Of a stretch of 64,000 nt of DNA, positions 51,680-64,000 are shown in pieces; positions within the stretch are counted from its first letter, which is position 1, and each line of letters begins with the position of its first letter. Below the pieces are notes generated by a model. The model had not been told where the DNA came from. It worked only from the letters and a program-made list of their open reading frames with translations, and ran no database searches. The stretch is from positions 124,001 to 188,000 of the forward strand of contig JAUCBJ010002722.1 in the NCBI GenBank assembly GCA_032718475.1, read 5' to 3'. A program made the translations under genes and the position numbers. The DNA comes from Nemertoderma westbladi. Taxonomy: Eukaryota; Animalia; Xenacoelomorpha.

Positions 51680-54600
51680 AAGGTTGCGTCATCGTATAAA
51701 ACAATTAGTTTCATCTTCACTCCCTCAGAAATATCATGGCGGCCAATTGAAAATTGTCCCATACTTTACCATCAAAATGGCGATTATATTAGTGCACTGT
51801 ATTAATGTAATATGTGAAGCCATGAGTGATATAATACTCTAAGGTCATAGTCGGCCGTAAGAATAGGAGTCTATATTTGAACTGAGAATCATTCCTCAGT
51901 CAAGAAATCTTTGGGTTTATGCATGTAAAGTCCCATACTTTACCAAAAAATAGTGAAATTTTTAATTTATATACAGAGAAGTAGTCTAACTAAGCCCAAT
52001 CACACAGTGGAATGCAAAGCACGTTTGTGTTGCGTCATCTTAAGAAACAATTACCTGTAGTTTCATAATCTACTCCCTCAGAAACATCATGGTGGCCAAT
52101 TGAAAATTGTCCCATACTTTACCATTATAATGGCGATTACATTAGTGCACTGTATTAATGTAATATATGAAACAGGACGTGAAACAGGAGTGTTATTAAT
52201 GCTTTAGGGTGATAGTAGTGGGAAGCATATAAGTATGTATTTGAACTAAGAATCATTCCTCAGTTAACTAATCTTTGAGTTTATGCATGTAAATTCCCGT
52301 ACTTTACAACAAATTTCAAAAAATTTAGTTTTTTAGCAGATAAGAAGATCGGTAAGTACAGTAATTTATACATTTTCAGAAAAATGGAAAGAATTTATAA
52401 ACTTTTTACAGACTACATGTGTACCAAGTTTGGTTATATTTCATCAATGATTGGCAGACTTATTTCGGTTTTTATCAAAATTTTGAAACTATCGGTACCA
52501 ACAGACAGACTGTCTGATATGTGACCTTTGATTCCTTAAACTTCAGATTCTTTCCAAACTTTTGACAGACTTCATACGTACCAGGTTTGATTTAATTTCA
52601 TCTAAAAATGACCGAGTTATACAGTATTAGCGATCAAAAATTAGACAGATGACATGACTTGATGATGATGACAAGGGCCCCATATGCTAAGACTTCGGGT
52701 CAATTTGTGGGCCGCCCCACATTTTGTATCCATATGTTGGTTGGAAATACTTAGTTGCACTTTATTATCACTAATTATCCAGAAATTACTGTTAGGTTAA
52801 GTGTAAGAGACCATTTTGACCATAAAATTCGTACAGGTCCCGTACTTTACTTAGCAATGTCCCATACTTTACCACACAAACCACACTGTAAAAAATTAGC
52901 AATGCAGCAATTCGTCTTATATTTATATTTTTATTTAAGCTTAATAATACAGCTTTATCCTAAACATCAACTCAACACCGTACCTGCTCACAATTCGCTA
53001 AATTTTAGAATTGAAATCATAAAATAAAAAAAACCATTTCGTACGAATCCGTACTTTACCTTAATTGGACAAGCTGGTGTTTTCTCAAAAGTGACTAAGT
53101 CGTGCCATAAGCTTCGCGAAATCAAAGCTGACATTCGAAAGTTTAATCCAAGCACAATTTTGTGCACATATGTGCTGTGGATAACATTGTACAGGCAATC
53201 AAAGTTCAAAATTGTGTACGAATGTCCCGTACTTTACTTTGGAATGAGCCATTACTATTCCTCTCTGGTTAGTCTTAGCAACAACTCCCAGCCAGCTAGC
53301 TCCACACCATCAGAGACTTGACCAATAATGTGAAGGATTAAATTTGTACTCAATAATTGTGCCGTTTAATTACGTTTAGATCAATTAAAGACACATTTAT
53401 TAAAGCAAATCACTTGAACTAATTAAAAACTATAATAGAATGGCGTATGTGGATTACATCTGTATATTTTTTAAGTATAATTATTTAAATCTTATACTGT
53501 AAAACAATTAATTTCCTTTAAAAGGCAGGTTGAAAATGGTGTTTTTACCGTAATCAACTTAATTAACTAATTAACTGCTATTATCTTAGTTTCTCGAACG
53601 CCACACGGAAATTCAACTTGGAAAATTTCTAAACTTTTGCCAAACAACATGTGTACCAAGTTTGGATAGATTTCATCAAAGATTGGCCGAGTTATTAACG
53701 TTTAAAATTGAACAAGAACGACAGGTTGATTAATGGTACCAAACGCTAAGGCTCACTCACTTCGTGGCTCGCCCCACGGGTTGATTAATGGTACCACTAC
53801 GCTAAGGCTCACTCACTTCGTGGCTCGCCCCACAGGTTGATTAATGGTACCACTACGCTAAGGCTCACTCACTTCGTGGCTCGCCCCACAGGTTGATTAA
53901 TGGTACCACTACGCTAAGGCTCACTCGCTTCGTGGCTCGCCCCACAGGGCACAGCGATCAGAGATATTTCATTCATATTTTATTATGAGAGGAAGAAGAA
54001 CACGTTAGTGGGGCCTTCGCGCAGCACGAGGCCCAGTTATGAGATACAAATTAAAATTGAGCGACTGTATCACAAAATCAGGTTTTGAAAAATTTACCCA
54101 CACCACCAATCAATCAAAGAAAGGGGGACAGTACGTGTTCACCCCTTTTAATCCCCCCCCCCCCCCACCCTTCCCAACCACCAATACATAACCGCGACAT
54201 CTACCACCCACGGAAGGGTAGCACGAACTTATTTTCAATCGCACGTTCAATATGCAAAGCCAGGTGGTTTATAGGAATATAATAAACGCAGTACTCGTTT
54301 TCATTATAAGCCTCGTTGCGTTTGTCCTGTTTTGTATTTAAATATATTTCTTAAACGCAGGCTAGGACGTTCTTTATAATAATAATAACTAGGGATGCGA
54401 TCAATATGTGAAGCCAGGTGGTTTATATAATAATTTAGTAAACGCAGTCTCATCTTCATTATATGCCTCGTTGCGCTCGTCGCTTGTCCTGTTTTGTTAT
54501 AAAATATTTTTCCTAAACGCAGACTGACGATCTTTATACAGTTATAACTATGCGAAGTTTCGAAACTGTGCGAGTAACTAACTGTTGATACATCTATGTA

Positions 54601-55645
54601 TGTGGAGATGTGTGATATGTGGAGATGTGTGATACAACGCCAACGCATTGTATGCTGATGTAGTAATATGGGTATTGAAATAATATTAAATTAATGTACA
54701 CTCTTAAAGCTGCAGCGAAAAAATGTAGCTAATTTCCTAGGTTACATATAAAATAATAATAATATTTTTAAGAACATTAATTTTACTACTTTGCAAAAAT
54801 TCAATTAAAAAATAACCAGACATATACATTGTGGAATAAACTATTTCAGAAGCCTTCCCATGCCTTCCCTGCCATGGATAGTATTTATGTTATTATATCT
54901 GTCATTTACCTGAGATAGCAATACAACACTTATAGTAGAGTCAATACAGGAAGGATGTTGAATTTAAAGAATGAATGCTGTCTGGGCTGGAATAGCAATA
55001 CTGGTTGCCTATTACTATTCCTCTCTGGTTAGTCTACAGCCACAACTCCCAGCTAGCTCCACACCAGCAGAGACTTGACCAATAATCATTCCCAGCAACT
55101 AGCTGCTTTACACACACATCCTTCCATCGCACCAGCATGTTGGCCAATAAATGAGCAGTATTTAATGAGAATCAATTTTTTTTGCCGTTTTAATTACTTT
55201 AGATCAATTAAAGACACAATTATTAAAGCAAATCACTTGAACTAATTAAAAACTATAATAGAATGGGGTATGTTGATTACATCTGTATAATTTTTAATTA
55301 TAATTATTTAAATCTTATACTGTAAAACAATTAATTTCCTTTAAAAGGCAGGTTGAAAATGGTGTTTTTACCGTAATAACTTAATTAACTAATTAACTGC
55401 TATTATCTTAGCTTCTCGAAGGCCACACGGAAATTCTACTTGGAAAATTTCTAAACTTTTGCCAAACAACATGTGTACCAAGTTTGGATAGATTTCATCA
55501 AAGATTGGCCGAGTTATTAACGTTTAAAATTGAACGCGACAGAACGACAGAACGACAGAACGACAGAACGACAGAACGACAGAACGACAGGTTGATTAAT
55601 GGTACCACTACGCTAAGGCTCACTCACTTCGTGGCTCGCCCCACA
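51680..55645. mobile_element. Cluster of Helentron-like (GTGGGGC-family) non-autonomous elements
   Basis: Tandem pair of about 350 bp at 51683 and 52029. Ends at about 52720 (GCTAAG...GCCCCCAC), 53945 (terminal unit x4) and 55645. A full copy at 54000-55645 has a GGGCCTTCG...CGAGGCCC hairpin start and an (ACAGAACG)n tract. Confidence 0.65.
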
Positions 55646-56019
55646 TACAACGTTATTTACTATATTATATGTAACGAAATAATTGTTTTCTGGTTTAACT
55701 TGGAAGCCTCCCCAAATAGTTGATATACAATTATATTTAAAATTATTTCCATGGTCATGGTCATTCACCCGTCTTTAGTTAGAAATTTATTTGCATGAAA
55801 GACAGTTTAGTTTGGTTTTTACTGATTATTATCTCTTATCTGACTGGGGTAATAATAAAGGATAGGATAAATGGAAGCAAAGTGTGACAGTAACAAATAT
55901 TTCCCAGACAACCTAGCATTCGTACTTTAGCAGACCAACCTAGCACTTTATCAGATCGTAATGGTGGTTCTTATTTAACAAACTTATGTTTTATCTTCTA
56001 CCGATCTACGATGGTGTAT

Positions 56020-57915
56020 GATCAAGTGTCAGTCGCTAAAAGTGTCAAAAATCCAATTTAATAAATCTCGAGATTTGCGATTTTGGACAATATTCAAAGA
56101 CATTTTAAGTCACTTTATTGACATAAAAAGTTAAACAATTGTTACGATTATACGTAGTTAGAAATCACTCCAAACTACATTTTAACCCAAAAAAACATTC
56201 TACGATGAATAGAATTGGAAATAATAGTGTTTGAAATGTAGAAAAAATGTGCACTTTTTAAGTGCATTTTGCACTAAGTGCACTTAAGTCTTTTCCCAAG
56301 TTATAATCTATTTCACACACTACAATCTATCCTCTATCCAATGAAAAAAGTTTCAGAATAAACGGCCCAATAGAACGGAAGTTATTGATGTTTAAAAATA
56401 GTCACTCGAAAATTTCAAATTCACTTGGTCACATAGTCTAGTGGTTATCAATCATGTTAATGAAACCTAAGTTCGCGGGTGCGAAATCCAATATTGACCA
56501 TTCTTAATTTTTTGCAAAAAAAAATTATTTTTATTTTTTCACTAAAATCGCTCTAACTTTGGTTCTGATGGTCCAAATTCAATAAAATTAGTATATTCTT
56601 TGCCGTAATTTTTTTTTCTATCTTTTGAGAGGGGGTCATTTGTTCATAAAAAGGGTGTAAATGACGCGATATTTTTCGACCCTTAAAATTCGTAATTTTA
56701 ATTATAAATGTTAAGAAAAAAGATAGCGGAGTTAATTTTCTACATTTTACAGGAAGTTTTGGCGCAAAAAGCTACATTGTAATAGAGTAGCGAATTAAAA
56801 AGGAAAAAATTTTTTCGTCCCTTTTTTATAAATATTATATTTCACACGATCGTCTGCCGCTCCAGTTGTATAATAGCTTCGGCGCTGTAATTAACGCTGT
56901 TAGATAGATAATTTAACGCACTGTAAGTCTGTGTAAACAAATCTCCCGTAAGTTAAGTAGTTTTCGAGCTGGACGAGTTCCCGCGCAGCGAGTTTGAAAC
57001 GCGAAATTTTAATATTGGCCCTCATTTTTTAAATATCGTTTGCGCAGCAAAACCAATAGAATATTTGGATTCCCCGTATCGATATTAACCGTATAAAATG
57101 TACCTCAACCTTCTAGGCTTAAAAATAAAAAATATTTTAGTTATAAACTTTTTATCACTTTTTGGCCCTTTTTGGACCTTTTTGCAGACTTATTTTTTGT
57201 ACCCTCATTCGATAAGAACGTAGCCCCTGTGGTCTTTTGCGCGTTCCGAAAAAGAATTGACACTTTCCTATTCGCGTTGTTGAATTAAAAATTTCGGAAA
57301 TATTAAATATGTAAAAAAGATGGAAAAAACGGACAAAGTTGCGGCCCCTTTTTCCATCCGAAATATTAATAAATTTTTACCCCCATTCGATACGAATGTA
57401 GTACCACTCTTCCCCTTTCCAACCGCGTTACTTTCGTCCCCGTACGATTAATATTAGCCGAGTTATAGCGGATCCCGCAAAGTCATTTTGTCCGTTTTTT
57501 CAAATTTGACGGACAATTTCGGAAAAAAGGCGTGGTAATCTTTTTTGAAAATAAAAACGAATTCACTAATTAATCCCTTCTATCGTATCCCGGCGTCGGC
57601 TAAGCAATAACCTAGGGTTTTTTCGAGCCACTGTAGAGCGCCTTTCAAAAAAATTTTAAAATTGTCGAAAAAATGACGGTTTTTTGTCCGCCGTGTCCGT
57701 CGAGGGGATAGATTTACTAATGTTAGAGTTGTTAATATCTTAGAATTCCGAGCCGCTCCCCTGGAGCGAAAATAAAAAAATGGTCGGTTCCTTCATCGAA
57801 AAGGCCCCCAGAATCCCAAGTTAACCATTATACATAAGTGAGCGATAAGCCTTCGGCTTTTGGAGCGGCCGATGTATACACCTCCCTCATAACGGCCGCG
57901 GCTGTGTCACGTCAA
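56020..57915. mobile_element. Unclassified interspersed-repeat-like segment with a tRNA-like island and terminal hairpins
   Basis: Non-coding, locally CpG-rich sequence. tRNA-like GGTCACATAGTCTAGTGGTTA...GCGGGTGCGAAATCC...TGACCA at about 56427-56500. AAGCC-TTC-GGCTT and GCGGCCG...CGGCCGC hairpins near the right end. Ends not defined. Confidence 0.35.
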
Positions 57916-57936
57916 ACGGTAAAATGTTTATCCCAC

Positions 57937-59154
57937 CTAGTCTGAATCATATTTGAATTTGCCTTGTTGTATAAGTCGAACAATTGCGGGATTTGCTTGT
58001 TGAAGTACTTTACATCTGTCACTGATATCTGAAACCATAAATTTAGCCCTCATTCCTCTTTGCACACAATCACTGACAAATATAGACCTATTTCTACGGA
58101 ACTCCATAACATCTGCTTCCATTTCTTTTACACCATAGGAAAATATCTGGTTGTCGAGTTTTCTGTTGAAATAATCGTGAAGCATGAAGTCAGCCTTGTT
58201 GATCTCTTTGAGTTGCTCTGTTTGTTTTGTAGTTAACAATTTAGGACTTTTCTTGATTCTGGAATTAATAGGAATATAAATAATATCATCAAAGGTCCAA
58301 CCCATCAACTTCTTTAATAAAACCAATGATTCATCGAACCTTTCCAGAACCATTACTATGTCGAATTCCTTATCAATGTATTTAATAGCTTCTTGAATTT
58401 CACTGATATTGGCATTTCTACTGAACTGAAAACCGAAATCCAACATCATTGGGTCTCTCAGAGGAAATTTATTCTTTCCTTTAAAGTGGAATTCATCCGG
58501 ATTCTCAATAAAATACTCCAAAGCCCTGGGTTTCTTAGTAGGGCATGGGGGAAGAAATCCACACATATGATCCATTAAGGAGTCTATTTGACGGGATGGT
58601 TCTCTAATGATAGAGACCTTTTTGCACCCCGGTTTCATTAAGAAATCCACTGTTGTTGCATTGTATACTGTGTGAAGGTAAATAACATCTATGGTGTTTC
58701 TAAATTTGCTTTTGTCTTTAGCTTTGTAGTTCATCAATAGTTCTGGGACAAAAGGAGTTACCCATTCCACAAAGTGAAGAAGCTCTGGCCTTGGCACACC
58801 AATCCTAAGATGGTTCCGAATAGCGAACCAAGTGAGAACGGTACTCACGGTTTCACTGCCACATTTATGTTGCTTCAAGAAGTATATGGCTGTGGAGCGC
58901 TGCTGGGGACTAGTAGGTTCATGAATTGTTGCGGTGGTGGCATTGTAGATATTGCTTGTAGTTAGTGTAGATTTAGAAATTGGTGAATGGTAGGATTCAT
59001 TGTAGATAAATATTACATTGTTGTTATAATTCTTTGTCAGGTAGGAATCTTTGTAATTAACTATTACATCGATCTTTGTAAATATAAATAATGAGATATA
59101 ACATAGAGTTGTTAAGATGACCAGTTTACATATCAATCTTATCTTAGTCGCCAT
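57937..59154 (-). CDS. Galactose-3-O-sulfotransferase-like (GAL3ST/cerebroside sulfotransferase family) type II membrane protein, 405 aa, intronless
   Basis: N-terminal TM, Thr/Ser-rich stem, 5'-PSB IYFLKQHKCGSETV, 3'-PB SIIREP...S, DPMMLDFG, EFDIVMVLERFDESLVLLKKLMGW and NKADFMLHDYFN. Confidence 0.92.
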   Translation of the reverse strand: MATKIRLICKLVILTTLCYISLFIFTKIDVIVNYKDSYLTKNYNNNVIFIYNESYHSPISKSTLTTSNIYNATTATIHEPTSPQQRSTAIYFLKQHKCGSETVSTVLTWFAIRNHLRIGVPRPELLHFVEWVTPFVPELLMNYKAKDKSKFRNTIDVIYLHTVYNATTVDFLMKPGCKKVSIIREPSRQIDSLMDHMCGFLPPCPTKKPRALEYFIENPDEFHFKGKNKFPLRDPMMLDFGFQFSRNANISEIQEAIKYIDKEFDIVMVLERFDESLVLLKKLMGWTFDDIIYIPINSRIKKSPKLLTTKQTEQLKEINKADFMLHDYFNRKLDNQIFSYGVKEMEADVMEFRRNRSIFVSDCVQRGMRAKFMVSDISDRCKVLQQANPAIVRLIQQGKFKYDSD

Positions 59155-59443
59155 TAGGAATATTATTAGGAATGTAAGAGCAGGGATGGTAGAGGCTGTT
59201 AGGGAATAAGGAAGGTATAGTATAAAATGTGTAAGTGCAGGGTCAAGGAGTAGTTAGGAAAAACAAATGCAAATTATTTAAATATCCAATAAAATATCTA
59301 TGGAGTCTAAAACCTAGTATAAAATTCGTTAAAATATATTTTACAGTTACTGTAAGAATTTATATTACATATTATTAAGTATGAGATGTTTATTTTTTCT
59401 ATTTATATATCTGTATATCTTCTTGTAGAATTTTGTTATTTAA

Positions 59444-60999
59444 CCCTATTAAACCCGGGGGGGGGGGGTCAATATGACCCCCACCGTGGTTTTTTTATTA
59501 TAATTCTGAAACAAACGCAGTTGGGAATCTGAAATTTTATGACTTTTCCTAAAAATCTATTGTCTTCCTAGCAGTGAAAACCGTTTTCAAAAATATTGGG
59601 TACTTTTCGAGTTATAGCACCATTTTTCAACCCTACTTTTGGCACTTTTTTTGAGACGTTTTTTGAAAATTACATTTCATTAAATATGAATTGTAACATC
59701 TCTATTTTTTATTTACACCGGTTTTTTGGTGTTAGAAATTTGATGGAATTCATATAAATTGATTTAGAAATTTCAAACTTGTTTATTTCGGTGGGTGCCA
59801 AATTTTGGTGCCAGCACCAAATTTTGAAATATGTCAATTTTGTAAATGGATTGTTTGAAACTTGTTTTTTACGCAATTTGGGTTTTTTGGGGTTCTGGAT
59901 TCGATGAAATATATACGAGTTGCACCAAGCGTATCAAACTTGTATTTTTCGGTGCTGTGTGCAAATTTTGGTGCTAGCACGAAATTTTGAAAATACATTC
60001 AATAGATAAAATTGCTTGTGACAATTTATTTCTTGCGTTTTAGAGGTTTATGGCTGTTTTGAATTCAATTGAATATATAATTATCGAACTAGACATCTCA
60101 AACTTGTATTTTTCGGATGTGGGTGCAAAATATGGTGCTAGCACCAAATTTTGAAAACCATCAAATATATCAATTGATTGTGTCACCTTGTTTCTTGCGT
60201 TATACGGGTTTGTGATGGTTCTGAATTCAATGGAATCAGTAAAAATTTCATAAGAGTTCTCAAACTTGTATTTTTCGCCGGTGGGTGAAAATTGTTGTGC
60301 CAGCACCAAATTTTGGAAAATATGCAAATTGATCGGTAGATAGATCACCTTGTTTCTTGCGTTATACGGGTTTATGAGGGTCCTGAATCCGATAGAATCA
60401 ATAAAAACAGCACTGGACATCGCAAACTTGTACTTTTTGGTGATGGGTACGAAATTTGGTGCTAGCACCAAAATTTGCCAAATTACGCCGAAAAATACAA
60501 GTAGCAATGATCTGGCATATTAGAAATATATTCCATTAGAATCAGCGCCCTCGAAAACCTGAAAATGTGAATTTATAGCATCGTATAAGTTAATTAAAAA
60601 TTTTGTGTTCTTACTGAAAAGTGCTGGTTACTTTTTTTTTCATTTTTTTCCTACGCAGAGAGGACTAAACAGCCATTTATAGTAATCATATCATTTTTAA
60701 ATATTTTCCAATGTATTTTCACCCCAGAAAACCTGTATTGAAAAATAATTAGCCGAAAATGTAACTTTCAAATTTTGTGAAAATTCTGCACTACTTGTAA
60801 TTTTGGTGCTGCAATATAACAACCCCAGTACATTTTTTCGAAAATTTTTTTTTTCGGTCGGATCCAGACAAGTGATACCTACGTATAAACAAAACATCAG
60901 ACGTTTTCGTAAATATTTGTAGATTTTAGAGGGGGGGGGGGTCAATATGACCCCCCCCCCGGTATTTGTACAACATTTTATAGCCCGGTACTAATAGGG
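59444..60999. mobile_element. Non-autonomous piggyBac-like element
   Basis: TTAA-CCCTATTA...TAATAGGG-TTAA ends and GGGGTCAATATGACCCC subterminal palindromes at both ends. Five internal units of about 160 bp (CAAACTTGTATTTTTCGG...TGGTGCTAGCACCAAATTTTG) at 59770-60480. Confidence 0.9.
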
Positions 61000-61016
61000 T
61001 TAATCTGATTGCAAGC

Positions 61017-61085
61017 ATCCATCCATCCATTCCATACATTCATTCATCCCTAGTAGTCATTCCATTCATCCATTCCCTAGTAGTA
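61017..61085. repeat. (CCAT/TCAT)n degenerate microsatellite
   Basis: Direct reading of the sequence. Confidence 0.8.
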
Positions 61086-61209
61086 CTGTAGTAGGCAGAC
61101 AGCATGTCATAATTAACTCAAATACCTTGTCATACAGTACATGGGATATTGTGTGGGGAGTAATCAGATCAATGAAGGCCTATAATTATGAATTTGTATT
61201 ATGAGTTTG

Positions 61210-63735
61210 TATTAGATCCGGAAGTCGCGGCATATATACTGGTAGATAGGCAAGAAGTGGATAGGCCTATACCGATACCTGCACACAAGTATGACTATAA
61301 TATGCAGGGATATAACATATACCCAGGGGAGGGGGGAGCTATTGCCGATAGAGGTTTGGGCCCTAACATGATAACATCAACCCCAATACCAAATATACCA
61401 TAACACTGGTGGGGGGGGGGGGGGGGGGGGGGGCAGGGTGACATTCCCCCATTACAATATCAGCAATACACTCAACCAAGAACAAAAACCCCAAACCCCT
61501 CGGACCAGAATAGATCGTGTGATACGGAGATATGGAGGGGGCCGTTACCCCCCAATGATATATGCGACGCAAAGGAGGTCGACAGGCCCGACGGGCGAAC
61601 CGCAGCCAGCAACAGGGGAGTCTGTACAGCATCCATCGAGCCCACTAGAAGTACATGCGATGGGAATGGCAACACTCATCGATGCGCTTAAGACTAGGAT
61701 CGAGCTGCCACCAGTGGAGCCGTTTAAATTCGATGGAAGCAGACCGGAGGAATATCTGCAATTCCGATGCATGTACAGTAATGAAATATTGACAAAGAAT
61801 CTGACACAGGCGTAGTGACTAAAATACTTACAAGTTTACACAGGGGGCTCAGCGTACGACATCGTAAGGCAGTATCAAGGTATCGAGGGTGGATTCACGA
61901 CTGCATGGTGGGCCCTAGACAGGGAATTCGGACACCCTGCCAAGATCATCCGGCAAACCTTGAGGGGAATAACGTCGGGTGGCATTCTGTCAGCATTAAG
62001 ACTTTCGCAAATAAAGTCGAAAAGGCGTTAATTGTGCTGAAGACCTTGGATGCGCCTTACGAACTCAACGCATCGAACAACATCACCACAATAGCGCAGG
62101 CGCTGCCGATCTGGCTAAGAAATAAGTGGAGGAAGATCGCTTTCTCCACCCGGGAGAAGAAAGGTGCGGAGCCAGGGCTAGAGGAGATGTCGAACTTCCT
62201 TAATTATGAGGCGGAGTTGATTACAGACACAGTCTACAGTGAGGATAGTTTGGGGAAGGCACCGAAAGCTGAATACAACAGGCCATAAACCCGAACACAA
62301 TCCAGCAGATCCATTCCCGAGAGTGAGACAGTCGCTACCACATGCGGCCACGCAGGGAACTACAAGTCCACAGATAGCTGGGAGTAGGGCCACACCGTGG
62401 CAGGGACAGAAACAAAAATAACAACACGAACAAATATAATCCCAACACAACCAGTAGGCCAAGTCCAAATAACCAAAACACTAAACCGGTAGATATGCAT
62501 CTACGCGCTATACGTGAAGGGCTATACAAGGAACGCTACAATCCAGGATATGAATGTCAATTGCATAGAGATGGAACCCATAAGACCATGAGTTGTAAGC
62601 ATTGGCAAGCGTTGCCTAAACAAGATCGGGTAGCCTACGCGGATACAACTGGACTATGTCATCGCTGCGTGGTGGAAGGACACAGATTCGGAGAGTGTAG
62701 AGAACCCCCCGATAGGATACGATGAGACTGGAGGCCTAACTATGGCTATGAGCACGACGGGAGCAAAGAGAAAGAGAATGGTACTACTCGAAATAGTACC
62801 AGTGAGAATAACAGGAGAGGAGAGACTATTGGTTACAACATTGTTGACCACATGTTACAACATGTTGATCGATAGTGGAGCAGCATTCACGCTAACGGAG
62901 GATTGGGTGGCCGAAAAGATAGGGTTACGAACGAGGCCAAGCAAGATGGTGGTGACCACCATCTCGAGTAAAGACAAAGTCTTTAAGATGAGAACAGGGC
63001 GTTGTAAGATATCAGCGGTAAGTGGGCGAGAGTGGGATCACGGGGCGACCATCGATCCCATTCAAATAGTACAATCGATTAATATTAATGCCAGGCGACC
63101 CACAAAGAGCGAGGTCGAACAATGCCAGTACCTGGACAACATCGATTTCTCCGTGCCCAAACTGGACGTCCCGAAAGTATCTATCATAGTCGGAATGGAC
63201 TGCCCGACAGCCCACAGGAGGTTTTCCTGCCGATTCGGAGAAGATGGAGAGAGAGGCCCAATGGCGATATGCACGCCATTTGGATGGACACTCAGCGGCC
63301 CAATCAAGTCCAGAATTCTGTTCAATGTGTCGTTCAACGTGGAGAGGGGCACAGTGCATCTACCGGGCTACCGGATCCAGATCCACTCCCAGCGAGGGAG
63401 GAGGATGACGACGAGTATGGGGAGATGCCGCCCATTGAGAGGATCGGCCACTCAGATACGGACTGGGTGGGAGGGAGAGTGGTGACGGCCAGCGGGGCGA
63501 GAGCCTTCTGGGATAAACCCGACAAACGGGCCTGGGTGCACGAGGTGCCGGCGATGGATTTCGCAGGAGACACGATCAAGCTGGGTGAGCAGCCAGGAAC
63601 GGCACCACGGGTAGTGTTTGGGGAGACGATGCCGATGGCGGAGGAGAATGGGGAGTATCGGTATGGGGATGGAGAAGAGTGGACAGCGACGTGTCCGGAG
63701 AGGTTTTCAGAACAGACGCGGTCCAGTTGAGAGGT
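61210..63735 (+). mobile_element. BEL/Pao fragment 4 (gag-protease), sister copy of BEL 3 in opposite orientation
   Basis: MGMATLIDALKTRIELPPVEPFKF and LPIWLRNKWRKIAFST are identical to BEL 3. Knuckle LCHRCVVEGHRFGEC, protease MLIDSGAAF, TPFGWTLSGPIK. Stops and frameshifts; no LTR. Confidence 0.92.
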
Positions 63736-63739
63736 CCAG

Positions 63740-63864
63740 TAGAGATTGTAAATATCATTTATACTGTTTGGATAATAAGTATTCATTTTCCATAGATATA
63801 TAACCAATGTTAAGATAACCAGTGTGCATAGCACTCTTATTAGCGATTTCAATATAATATTCAT
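63740..63864 (-). pseudogene. Truncated 5' end of a probable second GAL3ST-like paralog
   Basis: MNIILKSLIRVLCTLVILTLVIYLWK resembles MATKIRLICKLVILTTLCY. DNA TGTTAAGATAACCAGTGTGCATAGCACTCTTAT (63808-63840) vs TGTTAAGATGACCAGTTTACATATCAATCTTAT (59110-59142). Abuts the BEL 4 fragment. Confidence 0.55.
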
Positions 63865-64000
63865 TCTATGTGCAACAATTAGTGTTTTAATTTAGGTAAT
63901 CGATTTAGACTTAGTCACCACATTAATTTATCTCACAACCTGAAAAATATATATAATTACTCTGAATTATTATTTTCATATTGTAAACTTCTTCTGATTC

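Noticed and set aside
56427-56500. Functional tRNA gene
   Set aside because: B-box is degenerate (GGTGCGAAATCC) and the stems pair poorly; more likely a SINE or TE relic.
60040-60507. 155-aa repetitive ORF
   Set aside because: Translation of the internal tandem repeats of the piggyBac-like element; no transposase motifs.

Overview
AT-rich animal (probably marine invertebrate) genomic DNA dominated by transposable elements. Two intact host genes lie on the minus strand: a 3-exon secretory-type cyclophilin (10247-11546) and an intronless galactose-3-O-sulfotransferase-like gene (57937-59154). A decayed G2E3/HECT-like gene (about 1950-3660) and the truncated 5' end of a probable second sulfotransferase paralog (63740-63864) are also present. 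The rest is four defective BEL/Pao LTR retrotransposons, RTE, RTEX-like and Crack/CR1-like LINEs, a Penelope-like fragment, Helentron-like non-autonomous elements, piggyBac-, Kolobok/Sola3-, Transib-like and pogo-like non-autonomous DNA transposons, foldbacks and satellites. The most interesting signals are two unrelated non-env accessory ORFs between pol and the 3' LTR of two BEL/Pao elements. One is a roughly 730-codon protein of unknown family; the other is a triple zinc-knuckle protein sharing a synonymously conserved RVVFGETMP peptide with the pol linker of a sister copy. Also notable are a fully reconstructable nested-insertion cluster inside one LINE and a cyclophilin with a natural F113A-equivalent active-site substitution. 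All family assignments come from motif recognition by eye; no database search was run.
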